A stretch of DNA of 44,300 nt from Chiloscyllium plagiosum (Eukaryota): the NCBI RefSeq assembly GCF_004010195.1, contig NC_057757.1, positions 765,451-809,750 on the forward strand, in the 5' to 3' direction. Of this stretch, positions 1-10,828 are shown in pieces; the first letter of the stretch is position 1, and each line of letters begins with the position of its first letter. Position numbers and translations under genes: made by a program. The notes beneath the pieces were generated by a model, which was given only the letters and a program-made list of their open reading frames with translations, ran no database searches and was not told where the DNA came from.

Positions 1-640
1 CCCCTACACCCCCTCCCTATAACCTCCCCGGAGCCTAAAATCTGTAACTCTGCCCTTTTGTCCAATTCCCTAAACTGTGTTCTAACACCATCACCTCGTC
101 TGGTCCCAATCAGCTGCCCATCTCTGAAGAATTCTTCAGTCCCCTCCAACCCGACTGTTTCTGTATTGTCCTCCAGCTCCTGTCAGCTCGCCCTGACTCC
201 ATAACCTCTTCCAGTTCCTGCAATCGCCTCTTCTCAACCCTTCACTCTTCCTTACCTCTTCAACCTCCAAACCAGACGCCTCTCCCTGTCTCTAACCTCC
301 CCATCTCTGTGTAACTGCCTCCATTCTGACAACCCGCTCTATTCTGTAATCTCCTCCAGCCCCTAAAATCCATCGTCTCTGAGCTGCTCTAATTCCTACC
401 TATTGCGAATCCCTTGATTCCCGTCGCTCCACCATTGGTGGCCGTGCCTTCAGCTGCCTGGAATAAAAACTGATTCCCTCCCTAAACTCTCCCATCTTCT
501 CTCCCTCCTTCTTTATGACCTACCTCTTTGAGTGAGCTTCTAGTCACCTGTCCTATTATCTCAGGCAGCTCAGTATCAGGCTCTTTTTGATATTGCTCCC
601 GTGGGGCAACTCAGGAAGGTTTAAGTACAAATACTGCAAT
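1..640 (+). mobile_element. Degenerate L2-like LINE 3' region with pyrimidine-rich sub-repeats
   Basis: ccaccattggtggccgtgccttcagctgcctgg resembles L2 3' ends; similar to 33440-33880. Confidence 0.5.
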
Positions 641-789
641 TCCTTGCTGGTGAAACTTCAGAAAGAAGCCAGGCCGAGCTCAAAGTGCTCCTTACTTTCA
701 ATCATATTGAGACAGTGGCTGCAAAACAGGATGGAAAAAGGCAGTGAGACACAATCGGCTTTACTGCAAAGATTCATAAGACTGTAAAG

Positions 790-795
790 TTTATT
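790..795 (-). terminator. Distal polyadenylation signal AATAAA
   Basis: tttatt on + strand; followed downstream on the minus strand by GU/U-rich sequence. Confidence 0.65.
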
Positions 796-899
796 TATGT
801 TTTGTAAAAACTCCAAAAATCGTTGCAATACTGAGCTAACAACTGGATTACCAACGGACGTTCCTTCTGAAAACACTCCAACAAGGTAACCGGGTTACC

Positions 900-905
900 T
901 TTATT
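900..905 (-). terminator. Proximal polyadenylation signal AATAAA
   Basis: tttatt on + strand, preceded on the minus strand by TGTA (UGUA CFIm-type motif). Confidence 0.5.
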
Positions 906-1464
906 CTACAATTTTTAAAAGAAAACACAAGCCCAGGCTTTGCACTTGGTCCCTGAAATGACACTGCACGGCAATGGAAGGCTGACCGCCAGAACGGCCC
1001 TCAACCAAGTACTCCGCAAGGTCGTGATATCGAAACGTCAGGCCCCGGGCAGCTTGTAGGCAGTGGCCACGCAGTTGCTCAAATTGTTACTGTATTTTTT
1101 TTTGGAGTTTGCAGGTACAAACCCATCAGGGACGTAGTGATTACAGTGGAGGATAATACTCCGTCCTGGTATATAATATATATATAAAAAAAAACAAGAA
1201 ATAAAAGACTAGAATTGCACTTGTTAATTGGTACTTCAATTAAATTATACTAAAAAAAACGCAGTTCGTTTTGAAATACTTGTCTCGGTTTCGGCTCCAG
1301 TGACGGCTGCCTTGTGTTGTCGAGGGTCAGCGGCTGCTTGTGTAGCCAGCCCTCCTTGATTAGTGTTTCAGGATCGTGGGTGTGAAAAGTGACGTTATTT
1401 ACAATGTCAGCACCAGATTCTTCACCCCCCCCCGCCACTTCTTTGAGACTGATACGGCGACATA

Positions 1465-1531
1465 GAAGGGAAGAGAGAAAATGTGTGAGAGAGAGAGAAG
1501 ATGAGAGAGAGAGAGAGATGTGAGAGAGAGA

Positions 1532-1562
<31 letters not shown>

Positions 1563-1570
1563 AAGAGAAT
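1465..1570. repeat. (GA)n/(GT)n microsatellite in the proximal 3' UTR
   Basis: Interrupted dinucleotide runs visible directly. Confidence 0.9.
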
Positions 1571-1601
1571 GAACTGGAGAAGTGTCGCTCCGCCGCCTGA
1601 G

Positions 1602-2047
1602 TCACATGACGTCCACGAAGAACTCGCTGGGATTTCCCATGGCCATGTGAAAGGACTGACGGCTGGCAGTGAGCTCAGGGGGCACGGAGGCCAAGTCGCG
1701 GACTGGGGGCGCTCCGGGGGGTACGGCAGCAGATGACGGTGGTGGCGGCTGGGGCACCATCATCACCATCAGGGGGTTGTACTGCAGCGGGACCCCCGGT
1801 GGCCCGTAGGGGTGGACAGAATGGTGGGAGCGCACGCTGCCCATGACCGAGTGGTGGTGGCTGCGGTGGCTATGCTCACTGTTGGCAGCCGAGCGCTCAC
1901 TCCCGGTGTGATCACGGCGCACGCTGCTCCGGGTGGAGTACTCCGACTCGCTGCCACTGCCCGACTTGGAGTCCACCGTTTTACTGTCTTTGTCTTTGCC
2001 CGTGCGCCTCTCGCTCTCGCTGCGGTTGGACCCACTGCTCCGGCTTC
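1602..2047 (-). CDS. DVL2: DVL2 exon 15 coding part (C-terminal tail)
   Basis: (G)SRSSGSNRS...[39 protein letters not shown]; canonical Dishevelled C-terminus; tgcAG acceptor; TGA at 1604-1602. Confidence 0.97.
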
Positions 2048-2164
2048 CTGCAATGGAAGGAATCACAGCGCTCTAAGGAACAGTGACGATGTTACTGGAC
2101 AAGGAATCATGCTCAATCCCACCACGGGGGGTTTACATTAATTCATGAAATAAATGAAATGATA

Positions 2165-2371
2165 GCTCGTGTGTGGAATGTACTTCCTGAGGAAGTAGTA
2201 GGTGCGGGTACGGTAACATCATTTAAGAGACATTTGGATAAGGACATGAATAGGAAAGGTTTGGAGGTACATGGGTCAGGAGCAGGCAGGTGGGACTAGT
2301 TTAGTTTGGGATTATGGTAGGAATGGACTGGTTGGACTGAAGGGTCTGTTTTTGTGCTATATAACTCTATG
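2165..2371 (+). mobile_element. CR1 (HER1-like) LINE 3' end
   Basis: tggaatg...catttaagagacatttggata...gggtctgtt...ctctatg tail shared with the other CR1 copies. Confidence 0.8.
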
Positions 2372-2640
2372 GCATCCAAGCTTTCACTCATCAGGACACA
2401 TACAAGAATGCCAAATTTCAAAAGGATCAACAATTTACACTGCACGTGATTGGTTGGCAAGTACACTCTGATTGGTTAACATCTTGCCATGGAGCACGCA
2501 TCCCTGAACTAGTACCCCATAAGCCTTTGTTGAACTGAAAAACAGGCACATTGCCTGTTCACATTCCTTCCTCCCGACAGAGAGCAGGTCACTCCATATG
2601 AATTTAGGTCCCTTCTGGTTGGAGACACAGATGTTTGATC
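2372..2640 (-). mobile_element. Penelope-type terminal-repeat relic (a second copy lies at ~10585-10828)
   Basis: Minus strand GTCCTGATGAGTGAAAGCTT hammerhead-like core; body resembles 10585-10828. Confidence 0.45.
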
Positions 2641-2924
2641 AACAAAGTAGTCAGGAATTATTGGGGGGGGGGGGGGGGGAGGAGACAGACAGGAAAGTCA
2701 ACTCAAGGCCACAGTCCTAGCAGCCAAATAGCAGAGCAGGATCAAAGGGTCAAATGGCCTCCTCCCAATGTGGGTACACAGCCTTGAATAAGTTATCGAT
2801 GGGCCACACCATCACTATCCTTACCTGGTCAGGCTTACACGTGACTCTAGACCCACAGCAATGTGGTTGTTCCTTAACCACCCTCTGAAATGGACAAGCA
2901 AGCCACTCATCACAGGGACAACTG

Positions 2925-3772
2925 TGATTCATGTAAATGACTTGGATGAAAATGTATGGGTGGGTTAGTAAGCTTGTAGCTGACACAAAAAAAGGTGGAG
3001 TTGGGGTTGGCAGAGAAGATTGTCAAAGGATATAGTGAGATCAGTTGCAAATATGCGTGGAGAAATGGCAGATGGAGTTTAATCTCGGTAAGTGTGAGGA
3101 CTGCACTTTGGGAGATGACTGCACTTTGGCCCCTGAAAGTGGCCACCCAAGTAGATAGTGGTAAAGGAGGCATATGGCGTACCTGCCTTTATTATCAGGG
3201 TATTGTATACAAGAGTCAGGATGTCATCTTGCAGTTTTGTAAGACTTTGATTAGGCCACACGCAGTGTATTACGTTCAATTCTGGTCACCACATTACAGG
3301 AAGGATGTGGGGGCTTTGGAGAGGGTGCAGAAGAGGTTTACCAGGATGCTGCCTGGATTAGAGGGTATGAGCTATAAGGGGACACTAGAAAATCTCTGGT
3401 TACTTTCTCTGGAGCAGCAGAGGCAGAGGGTAGACTTAACAGAGGTTTTAAAAATTATAGATAAATTTGACAGTCAGAATCTTTTTCTCAGAGGTCAAAT
3501 GCCTAATATGAGAGGGGAAAAGTTCAAAGAAGATGTAAGGGGCAAGTTCTTTTTTTTTTACATAGTGTGTGGTCGGAGTGTGGACTGAGCTGCCATGGAT
3601 GGTTGTGTTGGCAGATGTGTTAGGAGCGTTAAACGGATTATTAGATAAGCACATGAATATGCAAGCACTGGAGGGACACAAACCAAGGGCAGAGAGAAGA
3701 TATTAGTTTGATTTGGCACCGTGTTCAGCACATGGTGACGGAAGGGCCCATACCTGCGCTGTCCTATTCTAT
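2925..3772 (+). mobile_element. CR1 LINE fragment (RT C-terminal part plus 3' tail)
   Basis: ORF 2995-3588 contains CR1 motifs ...YYVQFWSPHYRKDVGALERVQKRFTRMLPGL; frameshifted. Confidence 0.9.
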
Positions 3773-3869
3773 GACACAAAGTGACTCTGTTTCAATGATC
3801 CAGCCAAAACCTCCCAACCCAGGCACAACATCGCAAACAGCCTCGGACTTGCACAAATCCCTCGCTCAC

Positions 3870-4097
3870 CTTCACTGTGCTGGCTGCCGGCACTTCCTCC
3901 GCCCCCGTAGCTGTAGGTAGTTAGCTCGTGGTAACTGGGTGGCTGTGTGGAGTAGGGATGTGGAGGCGGGTAGGGATACTGGAAGGAATGCATTATCGGC
4001 CACGGGGTGGTGCCCGGGTGAGGGAGTGGGGTCAACGTGTCCTGGTCGGAGGCGCCACTTGAACCGTCATTGTCATTCAAGGAGAGATTGGCCAAAT
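3870..4097 (-). CDS. DVL2: DVL2 exon 14
   Basis: (Y)[21 protein letters not shown]...[20 protein letters not shown](G); tgcAG / G|GTGAGC; 228 nt. Confidence 0.96.
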
Positions 4098-4245
4098 CTG
4101 CATTGGAAAGAAACATGAACGTTATGCACTTGCTTCCTGATAATTAACCGAGATGTCCCAAAGTAATCCTTGCATCCATAAACTGCAACGGTTTTATTGT
4201 TTCATGGACCAAGGGCAGGTGGAAGGGATTAGTTTAATTTGGCAT

Positions 4246-4564
4246 GATTAGATTAGATTAGATTCCCTACAGTGTGGCAACAGACCCTTCGGCCCAACCA
4301 GTCCACACCGACCCTCCAAAGACTAACCCACGCAGACCCATTTCCCTCTGACTAGCACCTAACACTGGGTAATTTAGCCTGGCCAATTCACCTGACCTGC
4401 ACAGCCTTGGACTGTGGAAGGAAACCGGAGCACCCGGAGGGAACCCACGCAGACACGGGGAGAATGTGCAAACTCCACACAGCCAGTCACCCGAGGCTGG
4501 AATCGAACCTGGGACCCTGGTGCTGTGAGGCAGCTGTGCTAACCACAGAGCCATCGTGCGACCC
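4246..4564 (-). mobile_element. HE1 V-SINE, full length, inserted in a CR1 3' tail (4203-4245 / 4573-4636)
   Basis: tRNA-like head with A/B boxes, V core GGGTTTCCTCCGGGTGCTCCGGTTTCC, (AATCT)n tail. Confidence 0.9.
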
Positions 4565-4659
4565 TACCCAACATAATGATGTTCAGCACAACATGGTGAG
4601 CCAAAGGGCCCATTCCTGTGTTGCACTGTTCTATGAACCAGTTCACCATGCGAGAATAT

Positions 4660-4850
4660 AACCAAATGCTGGAGACCCGAAACAGAAACTGCTGGAGTAA
4701 CTCAGCAGGCCTGGCAGCATCTGTGGAGAGAAAGCAGAATTAACATTGCAAGTCTGGTGACTTTTTGTCAGAGTTCTGACGGAAGTGTTCGCTCTGCCTC
4801 CTCTCCACAAATGTTGCCGAGATTCATCAGCAGTTTCTGTTTTGGTTTCA
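4660..4850. mobile_element. Palindromic Penelope-type terminal-repeat relic
   Basis: Inverted arms aaacagaaactgctg...atctgtggaga / tctccacaaat...cagcagtttctgttt; same family at 17371-17830 and 40115-40280. Confidence 0.6.
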
Positions 4851-5126
4851 CAATGCAACAAGTCCAGGTGAATCAGCAACACGGGGAAAACAACCATCAC
4901 ATCAAGGCTGGGGAGCAACCATTCCTTTCTCATGTTAGCCTCAAGCTCACCTCCTGAACGCTCCACCCCTCCAGAAACACCCAACAGCTTCCAAGCTGCT
5001 GTGACATCCTCCCTCCCTCCCTCCTTCATCGTCACCTACACACAAAATCAGGCCAACACCCCCGCCCCCCCACCCGCAGAATTCCCGCGGTTCTCAGTCA
5101 CATACTTCTAACTCTGACTTTTTCAG

Positions 5127-5252
5127 ACCTGAAGAAGGGCTTATGCCCGAAACGTCAATTCTCCTGTTCCCTGGATGCTGCCTGACCTGCTGCGCTTTTC
5201 CAGCAACACATTTTCAGCTCTGATCTCCAGCATCTGCAGTCCTCACTTTCTC
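5127..5252 (+). mobile_element. Penelope-type terminal repeat with hammerhead core
   Basis: CTGAAGA-A-GGGC-TTAT-GCCC-GAAA-CG-TC followed by a conserved body ending gcatctgcagtcctcactttctc. Confidence 0.7.
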
Positions 5253-5600
5253 GACAATTTAGCATGGCCAATTCACCCTAACGTGCACATCCCTGGACAC
5301 TATGGGACAATTTCCCATGGCCAATTCACCCTAACGTGCACATCCCTGGACACTATGGGACAATTTCCTGTCTTTGTAAGTGAAACCCTGTCTTTGTAAG
5401 TGAACTGTTTGAGCCCAAGTAAGTCTGACAGGCACCCACTCCAAGGCCACTACCAGCCGGAACAAATTCCCCATGTGCCCAAGGAGCAGGAAAGCTGCAG
5501 TCCATTATTGGGTAAAGACTTTGCTGAGATGAGCTCCTTGAAATCTTGTTGCCCAAGGTCAGACGGAGGGGATCAGCTCCGTGCACACACACACACTCAC

Positions 5601-5777
5601 AGTTTTCACAACCACTGAAATCCCCAAAGATGTAGTAACACTGCTCGGAAAAGGTGATCTTGTTGACTGTGTGACGGATGAAGCCAGCCTTCAGCAGGTT
5701 ACTCGCGTACTTCCTCGCCTCCCTGCGATCCTGGAAGCCCTCGATGTGGTGGTACAGCCAGTCCACAACGTCGGAGC
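5601..5777 (-). CDS. DVL2: DVL2 exon 13 (DEP domain, second half)
   Basis: (G)[58 protein letters not shown](Y); cgcAG / T|GTGAGT; 177 nt. Confidence 0.97.
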
Positions 5778-6275
5778 CTGCGCGTCAGAAACACAAGATT
5801 CAGTCCCATCGCTTCGACAATAACGAGGCTGTGGGCACAGCGCAAACAAGAAAGATGGATGGTCTTGGTTCGGGCGTCTCCAAGAGACGGAGAGGACTAA
5901 AGCACATTGGTCAACGCACAGAGTCACACAGTGAGCAACCCTCCTTAACCTGTTGAAGAGTGACTCTATATAGTTGCACAATGATTAATGCGTATACTTC
6001 AGAATAAATTGTGGCCATGTACAGATAACAAGCAGCCTTAACTCTGGGCTAGTACATTTGTAGTTACACAGCAAAATAACCTCACTCCTCGACAAGCAGG
6101 AACCTCATGTAGTTGGACTGTGAATGACCTGTATGCCACTGAAATGTTACGGTTACATGTTCATTCATTTTCACACCCTGATGAATAAAAAGGTGCTCCG
6201 TATCTATTTGCAGTGAACACCACTGCTGTGCTTATCGGTGTTGGATGATAAAAGACTGACCAAGAAATAACCCAC

Positions 6276-6407
6276 CTAAGAATGCATTGGGGATTGTAAT
6301 CTTCAACCACATCCTGTCTCGAACCTCAAGGCCAGACTCTGGGGAAGCCATCGCCTTAGCAACAGACATCATATCCGTGTGGATGGACAGGTTAAAGTCG
6401 TCAAAAC
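6276..6407 (-). CDS. DVL2: DVL2 exon 12 (DEP domain, first half)
   Basis: (R)[43 protein letters not shown](G); tccAG / G|GTGGGT; 132 nt. Confidence 0.96.
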
Positions 6408-6654
6408 CTGGAGAAAGATTTTGCAAATTTGTTACAGCACAAGAATCGCCACAGATCCAAACAGAGACCAACACTAACACAATTTTGTTCTGTCCATTTA
6501 TTCATCCTGAGGTTTATAAAACGACTGGCAGGCGCTGGTAACTGCTCATGAACTGGAGATGGGGTTAAGCTCACTCCTGTTACCACACTGAATGATCAAG
6601 GTCAGGAGCTGAACATTTGGAGGTGTGAACCTTTATTCCAGCCTACCGCTCTGC

Positions 6655-7060
6655 CAGCCGTGGCTCAGCAGCTAGTCTAGTCCCTCAGCCCTCAGAAAGT
6701 CCTTGATTCAAATCCCACACCGAGGATGACCCCCCCAGCTCAGTCCCAGGGAGTGCTGCACTGTCAGAAGTGCCTGGGTTAAAATAAGACCTCAAATCAA
6801 GGCCCACCTGCTCTGCCTGGTACGTTTTGAAGTGTTACTTTGAAATTGAACCAGGCTGCTCTCCCCAGCATCTTTGGGACAATATTTGACAAATTCAGAC
6901 ACACATTATATCTGGTTACGATCGCACTGCGGTTTGCGGGATCTCCCTGTGCCCAAAGTGGCTGCTGTGTTTCCTATATAACAATAACGACCACCAAAGT
7001 GACTTCATAAACGCTTAAGTCGCCTTTGGTCCAGTGGTCACCAAAGACACTTTAAAAACA
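6655..7060 (+). mobile_element. DeuSINE (SacSINE1-like)
   Basis: tRNA-like head, gggagtgctgcactgtc, Deu-domain-like gtttgcgggatctccctgtgcccaaagtggctgctgtgtttcct. Confidence 0.65.
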
Positions 7061-7439
7061 ACTTCTAAAAAACTTAGTTCTGTCCACCGTGTCCCAAAAT
7101 ACTTAATCAACTTGTGGTCATCATCCTGGTGGACTGGGTAGGGACAAAGTCACTTCATGGAACACTGATTCCCTGAACTGATGTCGGGATCAATAGTTTG
7201 TAATCAAGTTAATCAATCTTGTGTGACAGAACCAGCAGTCTAATACATAAATGAAAAATTCAGACAATACTCCGAGCACTGCTGGCTACGCGTATGGAAA
7301 TGAGGAGGAGGATTTTTTGAGGAGAAACCTTTTCTGTTGAGTTCAGGAATGCTGATCCCTTATTGACAGGTTTATTATATGGGAACCAGCGTGAGAAAGC
7401 TTGTGACTTCTCTGTAACAGCAGCAGTGTTTTAGCTGCT

Positions 7440-8038
7440 TAGAATCTGAGAAACGAGAGCATGAAAGCAAGTCTTTTAGCCCATCGAATCCACACCAATC
7501 CTCTGAACAGCAACCCACCCAAACCCATCCTATCCCTGTAACCCTGCATTTCTCATGGCTAATCCACCTAGCCGACACATCTCTGGACACTATGGGACAA
7601 TTTAGCATGAGCCTAGAGTGTGGTGCTGGAAAAGCACAACAGGTCAGGCAGCATCCGAGGGGCAGGAGAATCAACTTTTCAGGCAAGAGCCCTTCATCAG
7701 GAATGAAGGGCTCCTGCCAGAAACATCGATTCTCCTACTCCTCGGAAGCTGCCTGACCTGCTGTGCTTTTCCAGTACCACACTCTCGACTCTGACCTGCA
7801 GTCCTCACTTTCTCCTAGACAATTTCCCATGGCCAATCCACCCTAACCTGAACACCTCTGGACTGTGGTGGGGGTGGGGGTGTGGGTGGGGAGAGAACCA
7901 AAGCACCTGGATGAAACCCGCGCAGACACGGGCAGATTGTGCAAACTCCACACAGACAGTCGCCAGAGGTTACAATCATACCCGGTTCCCTGGTGCTGTT
8001 TGGCAGCAGCTCTAACCACTGAGCCACTGTGCTGCCCT
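7440..8038 (-). mobile_element. HE1 V-SINE interrupted by a Penelope-type palindrome (7610-7817)
   Basis: SINE tail 7440-7609 and head/core 7818-8038 flank an inverted-repeat insert. Confidence 0.85.
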
Positions 8039-8114
8039 TAAATACTGGTCATTTGACAGTCTGTGAACACGCAGACCTAGTTCACTCAACATTTATTTAC
8101 AGCACAGTAAAGAT

Positions 8115-8515
8115 TCACCGGATTTGTCCAGAGGATAATCGTACTGCCTTATGATGAGAGGCTGAGTAAACTGCAATGATGCTCTAGGAGTTTAGGAAAA
8201 TGAGGGGTGATTCATTGTAACACTCAAGGTTGTGAAAGGGTTACACAGGGTAGACAATGAGAGATTGTTTCTCGGGCAGGGGGTGGGAGGCAGACTTTCA
8301 GGATAATTGGCCAATCTTCTGGGACTGAATCTTTTGAATTCTCTACCCCAGAGGGTTGTGGATCAATTGTTGAATATATTTACAGCTATTATCGACAGAT
8401 TTTTGGGAACCAAAATGGGGAGCGGTCAGGAGAGTGGAGCTGAATCTCAAGATCAGGCACAAATGCATTGAAAGGAAGAGCAGGTTCAAGGGGTTTGAAC
8501 AGTCAACTCCTGCTT
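8115..8515 (+). mobile_element. Old CR1 3' fragment
   Basis: gagaggctgag...aatgaggggtgat...ctctaccccagagggttgtgg motifs. Confidence 0.65.
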
Positions 8516-8733
8516 GTTCACTGGGCCTGACTATGCATAGTACGATCCAACATAGCGGCACGAGACATTCCACAGGGGCTAAGGCATGCAGTAAGCAATA
8601 ATGCCACCATTTATTAGCAAGTTTCACAGGCGCTATATGCCAGTGACCCAAGACAGACATGAACCCAATTGCTACGTTCAGAGTTCAAGCCTCCTGTCCG
8701 ATATAGCGGAACCACTGGGAAGGATTCACTTAC

Positions 8734-8868
8734 GTTCAGTTTCGGTAATTGAGCTGCTTGAGGTGATGGTGCTCATGGATGAACTAGCACCATAAGCTGG
8801 ATATGCACCAGTTAACGCAACAGAGTGAGACACCCAGGCAGCAGGATCAATAGGTCGGATTGGCTCAT
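8734..8868 (-). CDS. DVL2: DVL2 exon 11
   Basis: (N)[44 protein letters not shown](R); tgtAG / C|GTAAGT; 135 nt. Confidence 0.96.
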
Positions 8869-9242
8869 CTACAGAAAGAGGAACAGAGAATCGCATCAGT
8901 GTGCGCAAAAGGACAACAAGAAAATAGAAGCTAGGATACAAATTGGATCATACTGGTCACTCAGATCAAGGTGTGACAAAATGGCAACACATTTCAATTC
9001 TTGAGCCATTAAATTCCTGTCTTTTTCTTTTCCTTCAAATTGTTCTCAAAGGCACTAGTTTGGCAGTGGTCCAAGTGGTCACTTTTCCATCTGGACCCGC
9101 TTGGGACAATTGATTCAAACATTGGCATACCCTGCTTTGTCCTCAATAGTCCCAGGCTCTGTCCTCAGCATAATTCTCCACTTTCACTTCCCAGGACAGT
9201 CATCACCTCGAATCAGGATAGCAGGAGGCCAATCAGCCCAAT

Positions 9243-9700
9243 TAACCGTGCTGTCCCTGTCCGAGAATAGTGTGATGGGAGACAGTGTAGACGGAGCTTT
9301 ACTCTGTATCTAACCCTATGCTGTCCCTCCCTGGGAGGGTTTGATGGGGGACAGTGTAGAGGGAGTTTTACTCTGTATCTAACCCTGTGCTGTCCCTGTC
9401 CTGGGAGGGTTTGATGGGGACTCTGCAGAGGGAGTTTTATTCTGTATCTAACCCCATGCTGCTCCTGTCCTGGAACAGTGTGATGGGGGACTCTGTAGAG
9501 GGAGCTTTACTCTGTACCTAACCCTGTGTTGTCCCTGTTCTGGGAATGGTTGACAGGGACAGTGTGGAGGGAGCTTCACTCTGTATCTAACCCTGTGCTG
9601 TCCCTGTCCTGGGAGTCTTTGGTGGGGACAGTGCAGAGGGAGCTTTACGCTGTATTTAACCTGGCGCTGTCCCTGTCTTGGGAGTATTTGATGAGGGACT
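9243..9700. repeat. 69-bp minisatellite, about 6.5 copies
   Basis: Unit taaccctgtgctgtccctgtcctgggagggtttgatggggacagtgtagagggagctttactctgtatc; starts at 9243, 9311, 9380, 9449, 9519, 9588, 9657. Confidence 0.92.
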
Positions 9701-9831
9701 GTAAACAGTCACCAAAATCTTTCAACTTGAAGCATTAGAAAACCTCATCTCATCAGACGTCAATAAACATCAATCTCAGTAGCACAGCACACACTGCTAT
9801 ATGTGCGGCGAAATATTATGTCAACACTTAC

Positions 9832-9899
9832 TTCTGGGCAAAGTGAAGTAGCCCTGAGGTGATGGGTCCCAGCATTTGGCAACTGTTAAAATGATTGGC
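9832..9899 (-). CDS. DVL2: DVL2 exon 10 (end of PDZ)
   Basis: (G)[22 protein letters not shown](N); ttaAG / A|GTAAGT; 68 nt. Confidence 0.96.
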
Positions 9900-10828
9900 C
9901 TTAAAGAGAGGAAAACAAGCAGATTAAAGTCAAGTAAGTAGCTTTGAAAGGAGGGACAATATATCATAAAGCACCTGGGGTTGGGACAGGAATAGCAACG
10001 CTCCTGCACTCATCACACTCCTTCAACAAGATTCACCTTCAGCACATTCAAAACCAGAGTAAACATTGAAGCCAACACAACAAAACCAGAAGGGATTTTT
10101 TTTCTCAATTCAGTGCGTTACTTACAGATAATGTTGTAAGCCACAAGTGGCACTCAGTTCTGAGGTTGCTACTGGCAGTTTCCTCAGGTATTACACAGAC
10201 CTGCAGAGAACAACCAGGCCATAATCCCATCTACTCCATGCCAAAGTTTCTGCTCCACATGAGCCTCCCGCTTCCATCTCACCCTATCAGTGTATCCTTC
10301 CACTCTTTTCTCTGCACCAGTGTCTATCCAGCTTACCCCTCCCTGAAACATATCAATTCCATTTACCTCAAGTTCCTCATTCTCACCATTCTCCAGTCTC
10401 TTAAACGCCCTAATGGATATACTTATATGGACGGTCCCTGGTTCAAGCCTTGCCCGATCCCCCAACATACCCAGATTCCTGAGTGTCTTCCAATCCTAAC
10501 AGAATTTCAAAAGCTTGCAGCAAGTCTCCTGCAACTAAAACCAAAAGAAGGAGTACAGAACTGGAATAGCGCTGGAAAGAGCAACATGTTGTCAATGCTT
10601 TTTATCTCATACCCATCAGAAATCCAAATTTCAGACAGTTACAACCATTTACACCACAGGAGGGAAGGATACTTGTTGCAAGAGGCATTGGCCATGGAGA
10701 ACTATCCAAGCTCCGACAGTATTGAAAAGGACAAAAAATTGAACATATTTCTCTTGTTTGCAGAGAATGGGTCCCTGTATCAAAACTCCCAGGCTGGAGT
10801 TTGCACACTCTTTCTTTTAATTATATTA

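Larger units (their letters stand above)
770..1601 (-). other. DVL2: DVL2 3' UTR (approximate distal end)
   Basis: TE-free sequence after the stop codon with U-rich tracts, leading to AATAAA signals; LINE debris resumes below ~600. Confidence 0.7.

Noticed and set aside
1812..2141. Antisense ORFs over DVL2 exons (also 5581-5956, 6287-6541, 15662-15991)
   Set aside because: Expected shadows of GC-rich coding sequence, with no splice or domain support.
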